A stretch of 64,000 nt of DNA, taken from positions 40,548,001-40,612,000 of the forward strand of contig NC_043004.1 of NCBI RefSeq assembly GCF_006345805.1, read 5' to 3'. Positions 25,030 through 37,828 of this stretch are shown here, one piece after another. This DNA comes from Octopus sinensis. Its lineage: Eukaryota. A model generated the notes under the pieces. That model searched no databases. It saw only the letters and a program-made list of their open reading frames with translations, and was not told the origin of the DNA. A program made the position numbers and the translations under genes. Each line of letters opens with the position of its first letter. The stretch's first letter is position 1.

Positions 25030-25230
25030 AAGAAGTGAAATTTTTTTGTTTTCTATATCTAAATCAAAATCCTTGATTATACAATCTTGACTTAAAATCA
25101 GTTGCACAAGCACCTATAATAATAACAAATACATTCTTCTATTGTTATTGAATATCTATAAACTAGGTTGTTTTTTTTCCTCAAACATTGGTTATCTAAT
25201 GCATATCCACTGCTTAAGAAAAACACATAG
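25030..25230 (-). mobile_element. Penelope-like GIY-YIG endonuclease relic
   Basis: Frameshifted LDNQCL..NLVYRYSIT...IIGACATDFKSRLYNQGF*FRYRKQKNFTSL resembles the PLE pattern CPL.G.CL...VY...YIG.T...FK.RY.NH..SF......T.LS; the last ~70 bp are duplicated at 25443-25514. Confidence 0.45.
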
Positions 25231-25802
25231 TTTATAAATGTCCAGTAAAAATGCTTTAGGGTTTAGCTGAAATGAATTCTATTTATTCTAGAATATTACT
25301 TTCATACCATCATATGCAATGACTATAATTTCATGCTCATCACAATAACCCTTACATTATACATGAATTTACTATTTAAGGTATTAAGTCCAGCTTACTA
25401 AGCAGGCCCTTGCTATGGTGCACAAGGATAAAATTTACTTAAAGAAGTGAAGTTTTTTTTGTTTTCTATATCTAAATCAAAATCCGTGATTATACAATCT
25501 TGACTTAAAATCAGAAATAAGAAATAAGGATGAAAGGATGAAAGGCAAAGTCGACCTTATTTCTTATTTCTTTACTGCCCACAAGGGGCTAAACACTCCT
25601 TTACACCCAAAGCAACTTCTTGCTTTTCTTTTGGATTTATTGCTTTTTGTCACTGTATCTTTTTTTTTTTTTTGTGCTTTTATACTTGGCTTGCTGATTG
25701 AAACCATGCCATTTACTTTAAGCAATGTATAAGATCTACAAGCATTGGGGATACCTTGCAGCAAGATCGGCATATTAAATGACTCTAGTACAGTAAGGTG
25801 AA

Positions 25803-26090
25803 GGCACATGGCTGAGTGGTTAGAGAGTTGAGCTTACGATCATGAGGTTGTGAGTTCAATTCCCAGACTGGGCTGTGTGTTGTATTCTTGAACAAGACAC
25901 TTTATTTCACGTTGTTCCAGTTAACTCAGCTGTAGAAATGAGTTGTAACATCACTGGTGCCAAGCTGTATCAGCTTTTGCCTTTCCCATGGATAACATCA
26001 GTGGTGTGGAGAAGGGAGGCTGGTATACATGGTCTTCCATAAACAATCTGCCTGGACTTGTGCCTCAGAGGGTAACTTTCTAGGTGCAAT
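25803..26090 (+). mobile_element. Family E-headed SINE with alternative tail
   Basis: GGCACATGGCTGAGTGGTTAGAG...GAGTTCAATTCCC head; the tail resembles that of 35590-35945. Confidence 0.7.
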
Positions 26091-26234
26091 CCCATGGTCA
26101 TTCATGATCGAAGGGAGTTTCCTCTCCTCCATACACTAATATATCTGTATGAATTTTGCACAATTTCATACAATTTTGAACCAGCCTTAAATTTATGACC
26201 CGCAAGTAAATCTATATATCACAAAGTCCAGTCG

Positions 26235-26420
26235 TTGTTGTGTGGGGTCTTATGTGCCTCAGGGACCCTGAGGGCTATGCCAACAGAGTGCAAACTCTGA
26301 CTAGCGCCTCCATGTGGGGCAGGTCAAAGGATTGAGGCCAGGCTAATATGGACCACCTTTTTCTAGAGGTAAAAATGAGTTAGTGTAAAGCCAACACCTT
26401 CATCTTGTTAAAAATCTAAG
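26235..26420 (+). mobile_element. Possible RTE 5'UTR relic
   Basis: gtgcctc.g.gaccctgag.gctatgcc...caggtcaaagg...gccag.ctaa resembles recalled RTE-clade 5' leaders. Confidence 0.35.
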
Positions 26421-27241
26421 TTACAGAAGCATCAATGACAATTCAAAACCTAACACAAGCTCAAAAAAGAATACCTTTCCCTGGGAAAACACAGATGAGG
26501 GTGCCTTCCGTACAGTGGAGGTAGCCATAACAGCTCAAAGTCAAGAAAAGTGGATAAAAGCCATTGATGCCCCATTTTCTCTAAGGAATGAAGAGCATAA
26601 AAGAAAGAATGAAAGGCAAAGTCGACCTTATTTCTTATTTCTTATTTCTTTATTGCCCACAAGGGGCTAAACACAGAGGGGACAAACAAGGACAGACAAA
26701 GGGATTAAGTCGACTACATCGACCCCAGTGCATAACTGGTACTTAATCAGTGAGGTAACTTCCCCCTCTTCAACTTCCTTCTGTACACCGTTTCACTAAT
26801 CACTTGCGTATTACTCTATCTTTTAGCGAACCAAACCTCTGTTTTCAATTTTGAGGAAGCAGCTTACCTCCCTTTCAAACTCAATCACCCAAGAGTAATT
26901 TCTCTAATATCACATGCATTAAGCTGGGAGATTTTGTATTTAAAAGAAGGAAATTGTTTTAAATACAAGATCTTCCAGTTTAGTGCATGTGATAATGCAA
27001 GAGGACAATGAGGCTTGCATTGCTATCGGTTAAGATCGTTTATTCCAATATGGTGTGTGGATATTTATTACAATAAACGGAGCCAATGAACTCTGTGTCT
27101 GTAAACTATTTATAGTCACAAGAGCTGATTTCGACTGACGAAATTAATTTAATACTCTACAATATGCTTTTGAGTAAACTTTTTCTTTCATTCAGCTGGT
27201 AAGATTAACATTTTCATATTTGTGTGCCAAATATCAAATAT

Positions 27242-27279
<38 letters not shown>

Positions 27280-28049
27280 TTAATGTCAAGTTTTCCATGC
27301 TTCCATGAGGCAGTATTTGTTGGAGCAGATTTTCTATGGCTGGATGCCCTCCTAGTCACCAACTCTCCTTTGCTTCCAAGCAAGATAATAATTTTTCTTA
27401 GCAAAACATGTTTGATACAGAAGACTGGAAATGAACGATCTCACTTGTATGACAATGATGTTCATTTACAACCATCACAATCACACACACACATACATGA
27501 CACACACACACATACATCACACGAATCTTCTTTCAGTTTCTGCCTACCAAGTCACTAACTCACAAGGTTGGGGTCATAGTAGAAGACATTTGTTCAAGGG
27601 ACCTCACAGTGGGACTGAACTCAAAGCCACATGACTGGGTAGCAAGCTTCTCAACTACACGACCATGCCTGCAACTATTAGATATATCTATTTATTTATG
27701 AGGGTGTGAATCTGAAAGTACACATGTGTTAGGGTGTTGCAGTCATGATCATGAGGTTGTGGTTTCAATTCCTAGACTGGGTAGTGCATTACACATTATG
27801 TTCTTGAGCAAAACACTTCATCTCACATTGCTCTATGATTACTTCAACACCTGACATGCGGTACATTATACACCTGTTCAGGCAACGTCAGTTTGATGGA
27901 GGGAGGAAAAATTTAGCCATCACTAATTGTGACTGTGGATGCTAAAATCACAGTCATTGCTAGAAACAAGAGTTAAAACTCTTATAGTTGAGTGAAGAGC
28001 ACATTTTATATACTTTTCTACTCTAGACACAAGGTTGGGGGCCACTCAA

Positions 28050-28651
28050 TTAGATTGACCCCAGTGCGTAACTGGTACTTAATTTATTGACCCCAAAAGG
28101 ATGAAAGGCAAAGTTGACCTTGGCAGAATTTGAACTCAGAATGTAAAGACAGATGAAATACCTATTTCTTTACTACCCACAAGGGGCTAAACACAGAGAG
28201 GACAAACAAAGACAGACAAACGGATAAGTCGATTATATCGACCCCAGTGCATAACTGGTACTTATTTAATTGACTCCGAAAGGATGAAAGGCAAAGTCAA
28301 CCTCGGCGGAATTTGAACTCAGAACATAGCGACAGGTGGAATACTGCTAAGCATTTCGTCCGGCATGCTAATGTTTCTGCCAGCTCGCCGCCTTTGAAAC
28401 ATTAAGACAGATGAAATACCTATTTCGTTATTACTCACAAGGGGCTAAACATAGAGGGGACAAACAAGGACAGACATAGGTATTAAGTCGATTACATCAA
28501 CCCAAGTACATAACTGGTACTTAATTTATTGACCCCGAAAGGATGAAAGGCAAAGTCGACCTTGGCAGAATTTGAACTCAGAACGTAAAGACAGATGAAA
28601 TACCACTAAGCATTTTGCCCAGTGCACCAACATTTCTGCCAGCTCACTGCG
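28050..28651 (-). mobile_element. Three tandem family C SINE copies joined at a fixed internal site
   Basis: Copies at about 28050-28152, 28153-28393 and 28421-28651; both junctions read aagacagatgaaatacc|tatttc. Confidence 0.8.
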
Positions 28652-29197
28652 TTGAATATTTTTATATACTGACAAATCAGTCATGTAGGTTATTTGGCAA
28701 AAGCTGAACACTCATATGCTGTCTTCAATAGGAGAGTCTATCATATAGTGTGGATATTTGAACATGTCACTGTACAGTAATTTTTGTTTGCATGAGCTGT
28801 AAGTGTGCATATAATATATATGTAGGTAACGATAAATGTTAGAGTCAGAGGTTACCAATCGTAACGGTAGATATAGTAATTCTTTTTGAGTTGTTATCAA
28901 AATGTAACGCAGGTTGATGTCGCAGATGTGAAAGAAGAACAGTGGTAGAAGTTGATGTTGACTCCAAATTTTATTTACCATTACTTTATGTAAAGCCACA
29001 CAAATGTCAGTGGGCATGTTTAATATAATTGAGAGTTATTTTTCCTTGAATAAGAGTATATAATATTCTTGGAGGAAGGTTTACGAAAAGAAACAAAAGA
29101 CGAAGGCAGGATACGAAAATAAACAAAAGACGAAGGCAGGTGGAGTACAAACAAATAATGTATTAGTATGGCGCTCAGGAATAGAAATAAAACAAGT

Positions 29198-29233
29198 CTT
29201 TTACGTTTCGAGCCTACGCTCTTCGACAGAAAG
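29198..29233 (-). ncRNA. Minimal variant hammerhead in PLE-type terminal repeat
   Basis: CTTT-CTGTCGA-A-GAGC gtag GCTC-GAAAC-GTA-AAAG; helices I and II are perfect; core A6 is U; no loop III (ACGT palindrome). Confidence 0.55.
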
Positions 29234-29864
29234 ATACACAGGAAAGAAACAAGGAGAGAAAAAAATTGCATGTAGGGACTAACGATCCAACATGGCGTTC
29301 TGATGTCAGTTGTAGGAGTAAGCAAAAGATGATGACAGAGTGATGTTGGTTAGAAGAAAAAGATGAGCTTGTGAAAGTGTGAGAGAGTAGAGGGAAGTTG
29401 TATGTATCACAGTGGTCAATTGTTTTCTTTCTCTCTTTGGCCGTTTGCCTCTAGGTGTCTACCCAGCAGTCACTTCTCACTAACTGTTCCTTATGGAATT
29501 TTAATATTTATAATTATGCAGACTAGCTAGAAAAAGAGGTATATAGCCGAGAACAATGTGCAGCTCGATGTAGGTTGTCTTTATCTATTTTCAACTTTTG
29601 ATGGCATAGAAGAGGTTAAAAATCAAATGGAAAACCAATAAATTGACTTGGTTGAACGTCACTCGTGTCAATTATTGCTTTTCTGTGAGAAAAATGCTGT
29701 TGAAATGTAAAGGAAAATTTGCTGATTCAGGTTCAAATCTACTCTGTGCTTAAATGAAGTCACTAAGTCACTACATATATATATATGTGTGTGTGTGTAT
29801 ATTGTGTATGTGTGTGTATATAGATATGTGTATGTGTGTATGTATATATATATATATATATATA

Positions 29865-30172
29865 TGTGGTGCACGTAAAAGGGCACCATTCGAGCACGAT
29901 CGTTACCAACGTCGCTTCACTGGCACGTGTAAAAAGATTTGAGTGAGGTCATTGCCAGTGCCGCCTGCTGGTCCCCGTGCAGGTCACATGTAAAAAGCAC
30001 CCACTACACTCTCAGAGTGGCTGGCGTTAGGAAGGGCATCCAGCTGTAGAAACTCTGCCAGACCAAGACTGGAGCCTGGTGCAGCCATCTGGTTGCCAGC
30101 CCTCAGTCAAAATCGTCCAACCCATGCTAGCATGGAAAGCAGACGTTAAATGATGATGATGATGATGATGAT
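29865..30172 (+). mobile_element. RTE-clade LINE 3' end
   Basis: Family terminus and (ATG)n tail; preceded by (TA)n. Confidence 0.75.
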
Positions 30173-31234
30173 ATATACTTACAAAATGTGCATACATGTT
30201 TAGTGTATGAGTGTACTAGTATACATGTTTAAATATGCTTGTATACATGTGTGCTTAGTACATGCATATGTGTACTTAAGACAACTAGTACTACATAGTA
30301 CTGTTTCCTTAGAGACGGCAGCTGGCTGTCAACACACATACATATACAGTGTGAGAATGAGATTGACAGAAAGGGAGAGAGGGAGAAGAGGGTAGAACGA
30401 GTCAGAAGAGTAGAGAGAGAGAGAGAGAGAGAGTGATTGCTTATTTGTTAGGGAGAGAAGGAGAGTTAGGAAAATAGATCTAGCAAGAACAAAATATAAA
30501 GTTTTGGAAAAGAACAAAGCAGATATATATCTAATAACACAAACAACAACAACAACAGCAACACACCAGCCACAACAACAACAACAATAACAGATGAAAG
30601 AATATATTACAAAAAAAAAATCGATAAATATATTGAATATTAGATATTCATTTCTCAGTCACCCTTGAAGGTTTCTTTGGCATACACTGATCAGATATGA
30701 AATGAAATAACAGTTAAGTTGAAAATACACACATCATATAAACTTTCATTTTTTGTGTGTGAGCGTGCATGCGTATTTTTATAATTATTTATGTTTTAGT
30801 CTTCTTGTTGGAAGGTTGTACTGTATAGGGGTGAGAAGTAGAAGCGGGGTTCTTTCTGATAGATCCTTCCTTTCATAGGAATTTCTACAATAATGTGTTG
30901 TTATGTAAGTACAAATAAAGCCTCTTGCCAAAGTTGTTGTTTAGCCCCAGGTCAGATTTGGTCCACTAGATCACATGAGCAAATTCATTCAAGCTGTGAC
31001 AAGACCATTTTGTCATTTTAAAGGGTATCTAGGACTACATTTATCTAATGTGTGCTTTTGAGAGTTTTTTTGTTTTTTTCCCTAAGGAGTGAAGTTCTTT
31101 TCTTTTCTTTTTCATGAAGATGGAAGTCTGTGATTGGTGGAAGATTTAGATTTGCTTGCAGATCATTTAACCATATAAAGAGTCCCCCATTGAGTTGTGT
31201 ATTTTGTTGTTGTTGTTGTTGCTGCTGTGTTGTT

Positions 31235-31608
31235 GCTGTTGAGCGAACGGTCTTCGTCCCAGAGTTCGCAAGATGGGAGAAGTCCAAAACGTGATCCTTT
31301 GCAATTCGTAAGACCCACAGAAGAGAAAGCAGGTCAACCCCCGACACCGAGAGCATTGACGGATGGATGAATGTGCATCCAGGCTCAGCGGTTGCGTAGG
31401 AAGTCAGGGACAAGAAACAGGAAGAAAGAGTGAGAGAAAGTTGGGGCGAAAGGGTACAACAGGGGTCGCCACCACTCCCTGCCAGAGCCTCATGGAGCTT
31501 TAGGTGTTTTCGCTCAATAAACACACACAACACCCAGTCTGGGAGTCGAAACCGCAATCCTCCAACTGCGAGTCCGCTGCCCTAACCATTGGGCCATTGC
31601 ACCTCCAC
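31235..31608 (-). mobile_element. Family D SINE (tail type 2)
   Basis: Same head as 11165-11497, unrelated 3' half. Confidence 0.7.
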
Positions 31609-32587
31609 TGTTGTTGCTGCTGCTCTTGTCACTGCCATTGATGCTGTTATTTGTACCTGGATCAGTGCTCCGACTGAGCAAACCTATGAACAGAGACAGT
31701 CTGGCCATGACCAACCTGTTATATGTTAGACATATCTAAGGCCACATTAGCTGATGTTTCCTTTCAATTTTTGTAAGAGAGTCAAGTGTCAATTGAGGTT
31801 GATTTGGCTGCTACTTCTAGCAATCTGTGTGACCCTGTAGAAGTTCTTTTATGGTTCCTTGTATTCTCAGTGGTTTATGCTGGAGGAGAAAGGGAAAGAA
31901 AGGATAAGAATAAACAGGGAAGGGGTCATCTGAGATGTGTTGTAGGTTTCACTGGGAATTGACACTGAATGTGAAATTTGGCCTGAAGAGAGATTCCATC
32001 TAGTATGTATATGTGTACATTGATGTAAGTGTGCATGAGTGTGTCTTTATCCCCCACCACCACTTGACAACAGGTGTTGGTGTATTTATGTCCCAGTAAC
32101 TTAGCAGTTCAGCAAGAGAGATTGATAGAATAAATACCAGGCTTTAAAAAAAAAAGTAAAAGATTTCTGGGGTTGATTTGCTAGTCTAAAAGTATTTCAA
32201 GGCAATGCCCCAGCATGGCCATAGTCTGATGACTGAAGCAAGTTAAATATAAAAGATATATATGTAAATGTGTGTATGAGTGTGAGTAATGTGTATTTAA
32301 GCAAGTCAATGACTGTATATGCATCCATGTGTATAAACTTTGTAATGAGTAAATGCCTAAAAAGAGCTATTTTTCTTTTGAAATGAGTATTGTTATTCAT
32401 ACAATAAGTTAGGATTTTGAATTAACTGCCAATTCTTTCAATATCTAATTGCCAAGGCTACATATAGTTTCATATCATTTCAATTTACACCAGATTCCCA
32501 CTCTCACTGCAAAATGCTAATGTGATAAATCTAACAATTAAAATGTACATGTACATTAATGTAGTAGTAATATTTTAATGATAATAT

Positions 32588-33118
<531 letters not shown>

Positions 33119-33624
33119 ACTATGGCTTTTCTTCTGAGCCCCATCTAGCTATGTGGTGCGTAAAACTTTGTTTGCACTGGGCCTGTGCTCAACGTCCATC
33201 TTTCACACCTATTATGTCCCACCACCTCACCACCACCCTCACCATTTTAATTCATACATTAACAGTTTCACCTGCTGCCTCATATGCTTCCTGTGCTGTG
33301 TATGTGAATACATATCTTGAGTATACCCTTATACGCCCTTATACCCTCATACAAGCACCCTGATGAGTGTTGTATACAGTTGAAGACACCTCATATATAA
33401 ATATTTAGACATATAGTACTCAAACTGCCCTATGTAACCACCCTATTCTCATATCCACTTGATGGCCCTTTCTCTAGATGTTGGATGAGGTAGGGAAAAT
33501 GTGATATGTTGTAATTCACAGAATAAACTATATATCAAAGCTCTATACTAGCTGGCAAGCATTTTCACAGATCTTCTTCATTTCCGGTGATGACAAAATT
33601 TCCACAACTACCTTACCACCACCA

Positions 33625-33925
33625 CTCCCATGTATTCAATCTCAGGGCCACTATCATCAATGTTATCACAAGGAAAGGAAGGAGTGGGGAGATTGTTGAA
33701 ATGTTGGAGCGATGCCATGTTGATGTGTGTGGTGTACAAGAAGTAAGATGGAAGAGAGCCGTAGCTAGATTCCTCACAGGTAAGAGAGAGAGATTCAAAT
33801 TCTTCTGTGTCGGAAGCAATGGTGGAGGATGCTCTGGAAGTATTGTTTCTAGAATAAGAATTGGGTGGTGGAAGTTCTGTTGGTACCAAAAGGACTCTCT
33901 CTCAGAATAAAAGGTAGAATTTTGC
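33625..33925 (+). mobile_element. Internally deleted RTE: APE N-terminus fused to post-RT region
   Basis: NLRATIINV..KGRSGEIVEMLERCHVDVCGVQEVRWK...RFKFFCVGSNGG joined directly to GCSGSIVSRIRIGWWKF..LVPKGLSLRIKGR. Confidence 0.75.
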
Positions 33926-34252
33926 AAAACATCTTCTGCAAGTTCTTTCATTCAATCATTCTTTCTCATAAACTGAGTATATGTTTCAAGTCGCTTCAGC
34001 TGCAGAGTTTCCTTTTATGTACTCATAAAGCATTTTGTACCTTAAATGCTCTTTGGATACTACCATGTTAGAAAAGGTTTCAATCAAAGAAATTTTAATT
34101 CTATTATTCTGTAAAATAATATTTAATTAGTTTATATGTACACAAATGCATAAAAATAATTTTTAATTCCATTAGACATTCTAAAATACTATTAAATTTC
34201 ATTAAATTTTTAAAAAGGTAAAATCGGACAGAACTTATGGGATGACCTGATA
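33925..34252 (-). mobile_element. Mariner 5' end: TIR and HTH N-terminus, decayed
   Basis: TA+TCAGGTCATCCCATAAGTTCTGTCCG TIR ending at 34252; ATG at 34066 gives MVVSKEHLRYKMLYEYIKGNSAAEAT*NIYSVYEKE*LNERTCRRCFAKF. Confidence 0.8.
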
Positions 34253-34443
34253 CTATGGCATTCGAACCTCAAGAGTATGTCCTGGAACTTTCCACCATCT
34301 CTATGTCTTTCTTCCTTTACTCAACCATCCTATTTATATTTTGATCTCTGTCTCTTGTGAGTATGGCCAGCATTTTGCCACCATCTCTATCCTGCACTTC
34401 CTCAGGTTGGGTTATCATGTATTTCCTTTGTGGTAGTGAAGCT

Positions 34444-34508
<65 letters not shown>

Positions 34509-34874
34509 TCTTCTCTCTCTCCCTTACTTCCCCCTCTCTCTCTCTCTCTCACTTTGTCTTGCAAGTACTTGGTGACCCTGTCAATGCAGGTGCCACTTAA
34601 AAGCACTCAGTCCATACTGTAAAATGGTTGGTGTTCAGAAGGGCATCCAGCTGTAGAAACCTTGCTGAAACTGACCTTGCTTTTGCTTGTGCCACGTAAA
34701 AACCACTAAGTCCACTCTGCTGAGTAGTTGGTGTTATGAAGGGCATCCAGCTGTAAAAACCTTGCCAAAATAATCACAGGAGGCCGGGTGAGAGACCAGT
34801 TTTTGTGAAACTATCACACCCATGCTGGTATGGAAGGTGGATGTTAAACGATGATGATGATGATATGGTGATTG

Positions 34875-35600
34875 AGATCATGTGTCTACAGAATAAAACA
34901 GTTATCCAAGTACCGTTTCCAGTTTCCAAATAAAGTTTTATAGAATTTGATGTCAAATCTTAATCTATTTGGACTTTTAAGTAAACCATAACTAGATTAA
35001 TGAAGTTGGGGCAACATTTGTTCCCATAACAGTCCTGAGTAATTTTCATAAATCTCATTACTGAAGTTGAAATAATTATCTAGAAAGTGGAATTTTATTT
35101 CTTCAGTTATGAATCTTTTCTGTATATATTCAGGAATTTTATTAGAACAAATTTCAGTCCAGAATTCTACTGTTGGTAATTCATATTCATATAGAATCAT
35201 AAAACAGAGATTTACTACATCAAATGAAATAATAAGCATTGACACTGTTCCTCCTCAAATTTCCAGATGTTTGAGGAGATGGTTTAACAGGTGTAAATCA
35301 CCTATGATGAAATTTAACTTTAACAGAACATCTAGAAAGAAACTGGGTGTCTGATTTTCCAGGCTCCGCTCACTACAGTTGGTCTTAATATTAGATCGTT
35401 GGGATGTAATTTGTTAATGCAGACTGAAGTTGATTTTTAAAGGTATCATTTTACAAAAGAAAGGTTGACAATAGGTTTGAAACTTCAACATGTATTACTG
35501 TTTGAAAATGATAGAGGGAGGTATTTTTTAAAATGGTATATTCATATATTCATATGTATTTTTAAACTGAGATTTTGGTCCCTACTTAAGTGAAATTTAA
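34875..35600 (-). mobile_element. Penelope-like reverse transcriptase relic
   Basis: Frameshifted motifs KLH..DLILRPTV, FLDVLLK, IISFDVVNL, NYFNFSNEIY, VMGTNVAPT, WKRYLDNCFIL (decayed YxDD). Confidence 0.8.
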
Positions 35601-35945
35601 AAGGGTAACAGCCCCTTTCTCTCTTGAATGACCATGAGATTACACCTAGAAAGTTCCCCTTGGAGGCACAAATTCAGGCAAGGTTGCTTGTCAAAGACCA
35701 GCAGTCACCCATGCATACCAGCCTCCCCAATCCATGCCACCAATGTTATTCAAGGGAAAGGCAAAGGCCAATACAGCTTGGCATCAGTGATGTCACAACT
35801 CGTTTCTACAGCTGAGTGAACTGGAGCAATGTGAAATAAAGTATCTTGCTCAAGAACACAACACACATCTCAGTCCAGGAATTGAACTCACTACCTCATG
35901 ATTGTGAGCCATATGCCTTCGTTAACCACTGAGCCATGCGCAATC
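35590..35945 (-). mobile_element. Family E-headed SINE with candidate TSD
   Basis: Flanked by AAGTGAAATTTA at about 35588-35599 and 35952-35963. Confidence 0.7.
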
Positions 35946-35974
35946 ACTTCAAGTGAAATTTACATAAATTAAAT

Positions 35975-36450
35975 TTTTCCCAAAAGAAACTGAGCTTATA
36001 TAGAACAAAGTTATTGCGTCACTAATGATTTAATCAAATTTGCCTTTTCAAAATTTTTATTCCCACTGTTGATACGCAGATTTCAATGTTCTTTTTCTCA
36101 AGTTTTAGAATTCATTTCTTGGAACAGTGCAGATATTCTTGTGGAAAATTCTCTCAGAACACTTCTATAGTCTGAAATAGGTGACCTTTCAGGAAGCAAT
36201 TCAATCTTAGGAACAAAAGCAAAAAGTCAACAAGGGTTAAATATGGAGAGAAAAGCTGCAGCGAAGCAGTGACTTGTAAGTAGATGCATTGTAGTGGCAC
36301 ATTATCTGGGTTTTTGTTTATATATCCCACTTTCCCCCTCAAACACTTCACAACACCAAAGTAAAATTCTTTATTGAGTGTCTGACTGCCTGGGACAAAC
36401 TCGTAATGGACAATGCCTTTCTCACCAAGCTTCTTCAAAACAAATGGTCA
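35975..36450 (-). mobile_element. Mariner catalytic-domain and 3' end relic
   Basis: GIVHYEFVPGSQTLNKEFY...PDNVP...FSPYLTLVDFLLL..L...LKGHLFQTIE matches decayed HDNAP / YSPDLAP.DF motifs; the terminal ~80 bp are duplicated at 37741-37821. Confidence 0.75.
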
Positions 36451-36539
36451 CTATTAATATATTAAATATTATTTTGAATCTATGGACAATATTTTAGACC
36501 TTCATTCAGTGCATGTTAAGAGTTTCTATCACGCAAACC

Positions 36540-36770
36540 TATTTCTTTACTACTCACAAGGGGCTAAACATAGAGGGGACAAACAAGGACAGACAAAAGG
36601 ATTAAGTCGATTACATCGACCCCAGTGCATAACTGGTACTTAACTTATTGACCCTAAAAGAATGAAAGGCAAAGTCGACCTCGGCGGAATTTGAACTCAG
36701 AGCGCAGCGGCAGACGAAATACCACAAAGCATTTCACCCGGCGTGCTAATGATTTTGCCAGCTCGCCACC
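36540..36770 (-). mobile_element. Family C SINE (near full length)
   Basis: As 6960-7189. Confidence 0.8.
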
Positions 36771-37146
36771 TATTAAACAAGTGTTTACATGTGTGTGTGT
36801 GTGTGTGAATGTGTATGTGCACATGCATGTGTGTGTACGCATGTGTATGTGTGTTTATGTATGTATGTGTGTGTGTGTGTGTCTAGGTGTGTGTATGTAT
36901 ATGTATATCTGTGTGTGTGAGTTTGTGTATGTTTTATGTATGTGTGGTGTGTGTGGGGGGCGGGGAGTATTGCTGTTTGCTGAAGCATTGTGACCCAGAA
37001 GTAAATAAATAAAATGATAAAAACAGAGAGCTTCTAACAACTCAAAAAGAAAAGAAAAATAAGCAACCTTTACATATCAGAAGTAAGTGGCTAAGAAATG
37101 AGAGCTTATGAAGATCCTACCATCTTAATTACTTAATGAGCTTCAT

Positions 37147-37203
<57 letters not shown>

Positions 37204-37289
37204 TATATAGTATCATACACACACTTGTATGTATTTCTGAATATGTGTATACATCTTTTGTTTGTGAAACAAGCATGTGGAGTTCTCTA

Positions 37290-37712
37290 GGATCTTTTCG
37301 GTTTGAACGGCAGTTTTTTTCCTGCGGTGTCATATGAAATTGTCACCCATAATTATGACCCTAGTATCGATCTACTGCATTTCTATCTGTTTTAGGGTTA
37401 AGGTTAGTTAGGGTTAGGGATGGGGTATCTTTTTTTCTTCACAAATGTAAATAAACCCAATCTGTTTCTTAAACGAGGGACATATTCATACAGCACAGAA
37501 TGTTTTTTTACCTCAATAGACATAATTGATTGGTTGAAATTGCAGAAATTGAAGACAAAATATCAACAAATATCTTACAAACTATAGAATTTTCTCAATA
37601 GAGCCAAGAGAAAAAGATGTTTTATAAATACATTCTACCAGTATACGAAGTTTAAAATTTTTTAGTTACCTAGAAATTATGTTAAAAACAGCCATTCAAA
37701 CCGAAAAGATCC
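37290..37712. mobile_element. MITE with ~29-bp TIRs
   Basis: GGATCTTTTCGGTTTGAACGGCAGTTTTT / AAAAACAGCCATTCAAACCGAAAAGATCC (2 mismatches); internal TTAGGG-like tract; TSD not clear. Confidence 0.8.
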
Positions 37713-37828
37713 ATTCTCTCTATATATTTCCTATATATTGTCCCAAAAGAAACTGAGCTTACATAAAACAAAGTTATTGCTTCACTAATGATTTAATCAA
37801 ATTTGCCTTTTCAAAATTTTTCTTCCAT

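Noticed and set aside
25564-25809. 81-aa lysine-rich ORF
   Set aside because: Both ends lie in SINEs, it includes a poly-A run, and it sits among PLE relics; more likely decayed PLE sequence than an exon.
25803-25875. tRNA-like sequences at SINE heads (also 11420-11497, 48787-48860, 59700-59770)
   Set aside because: They continue into SINE bodies and lack complete cloverleaf acceptor stems; not tRNA genes.
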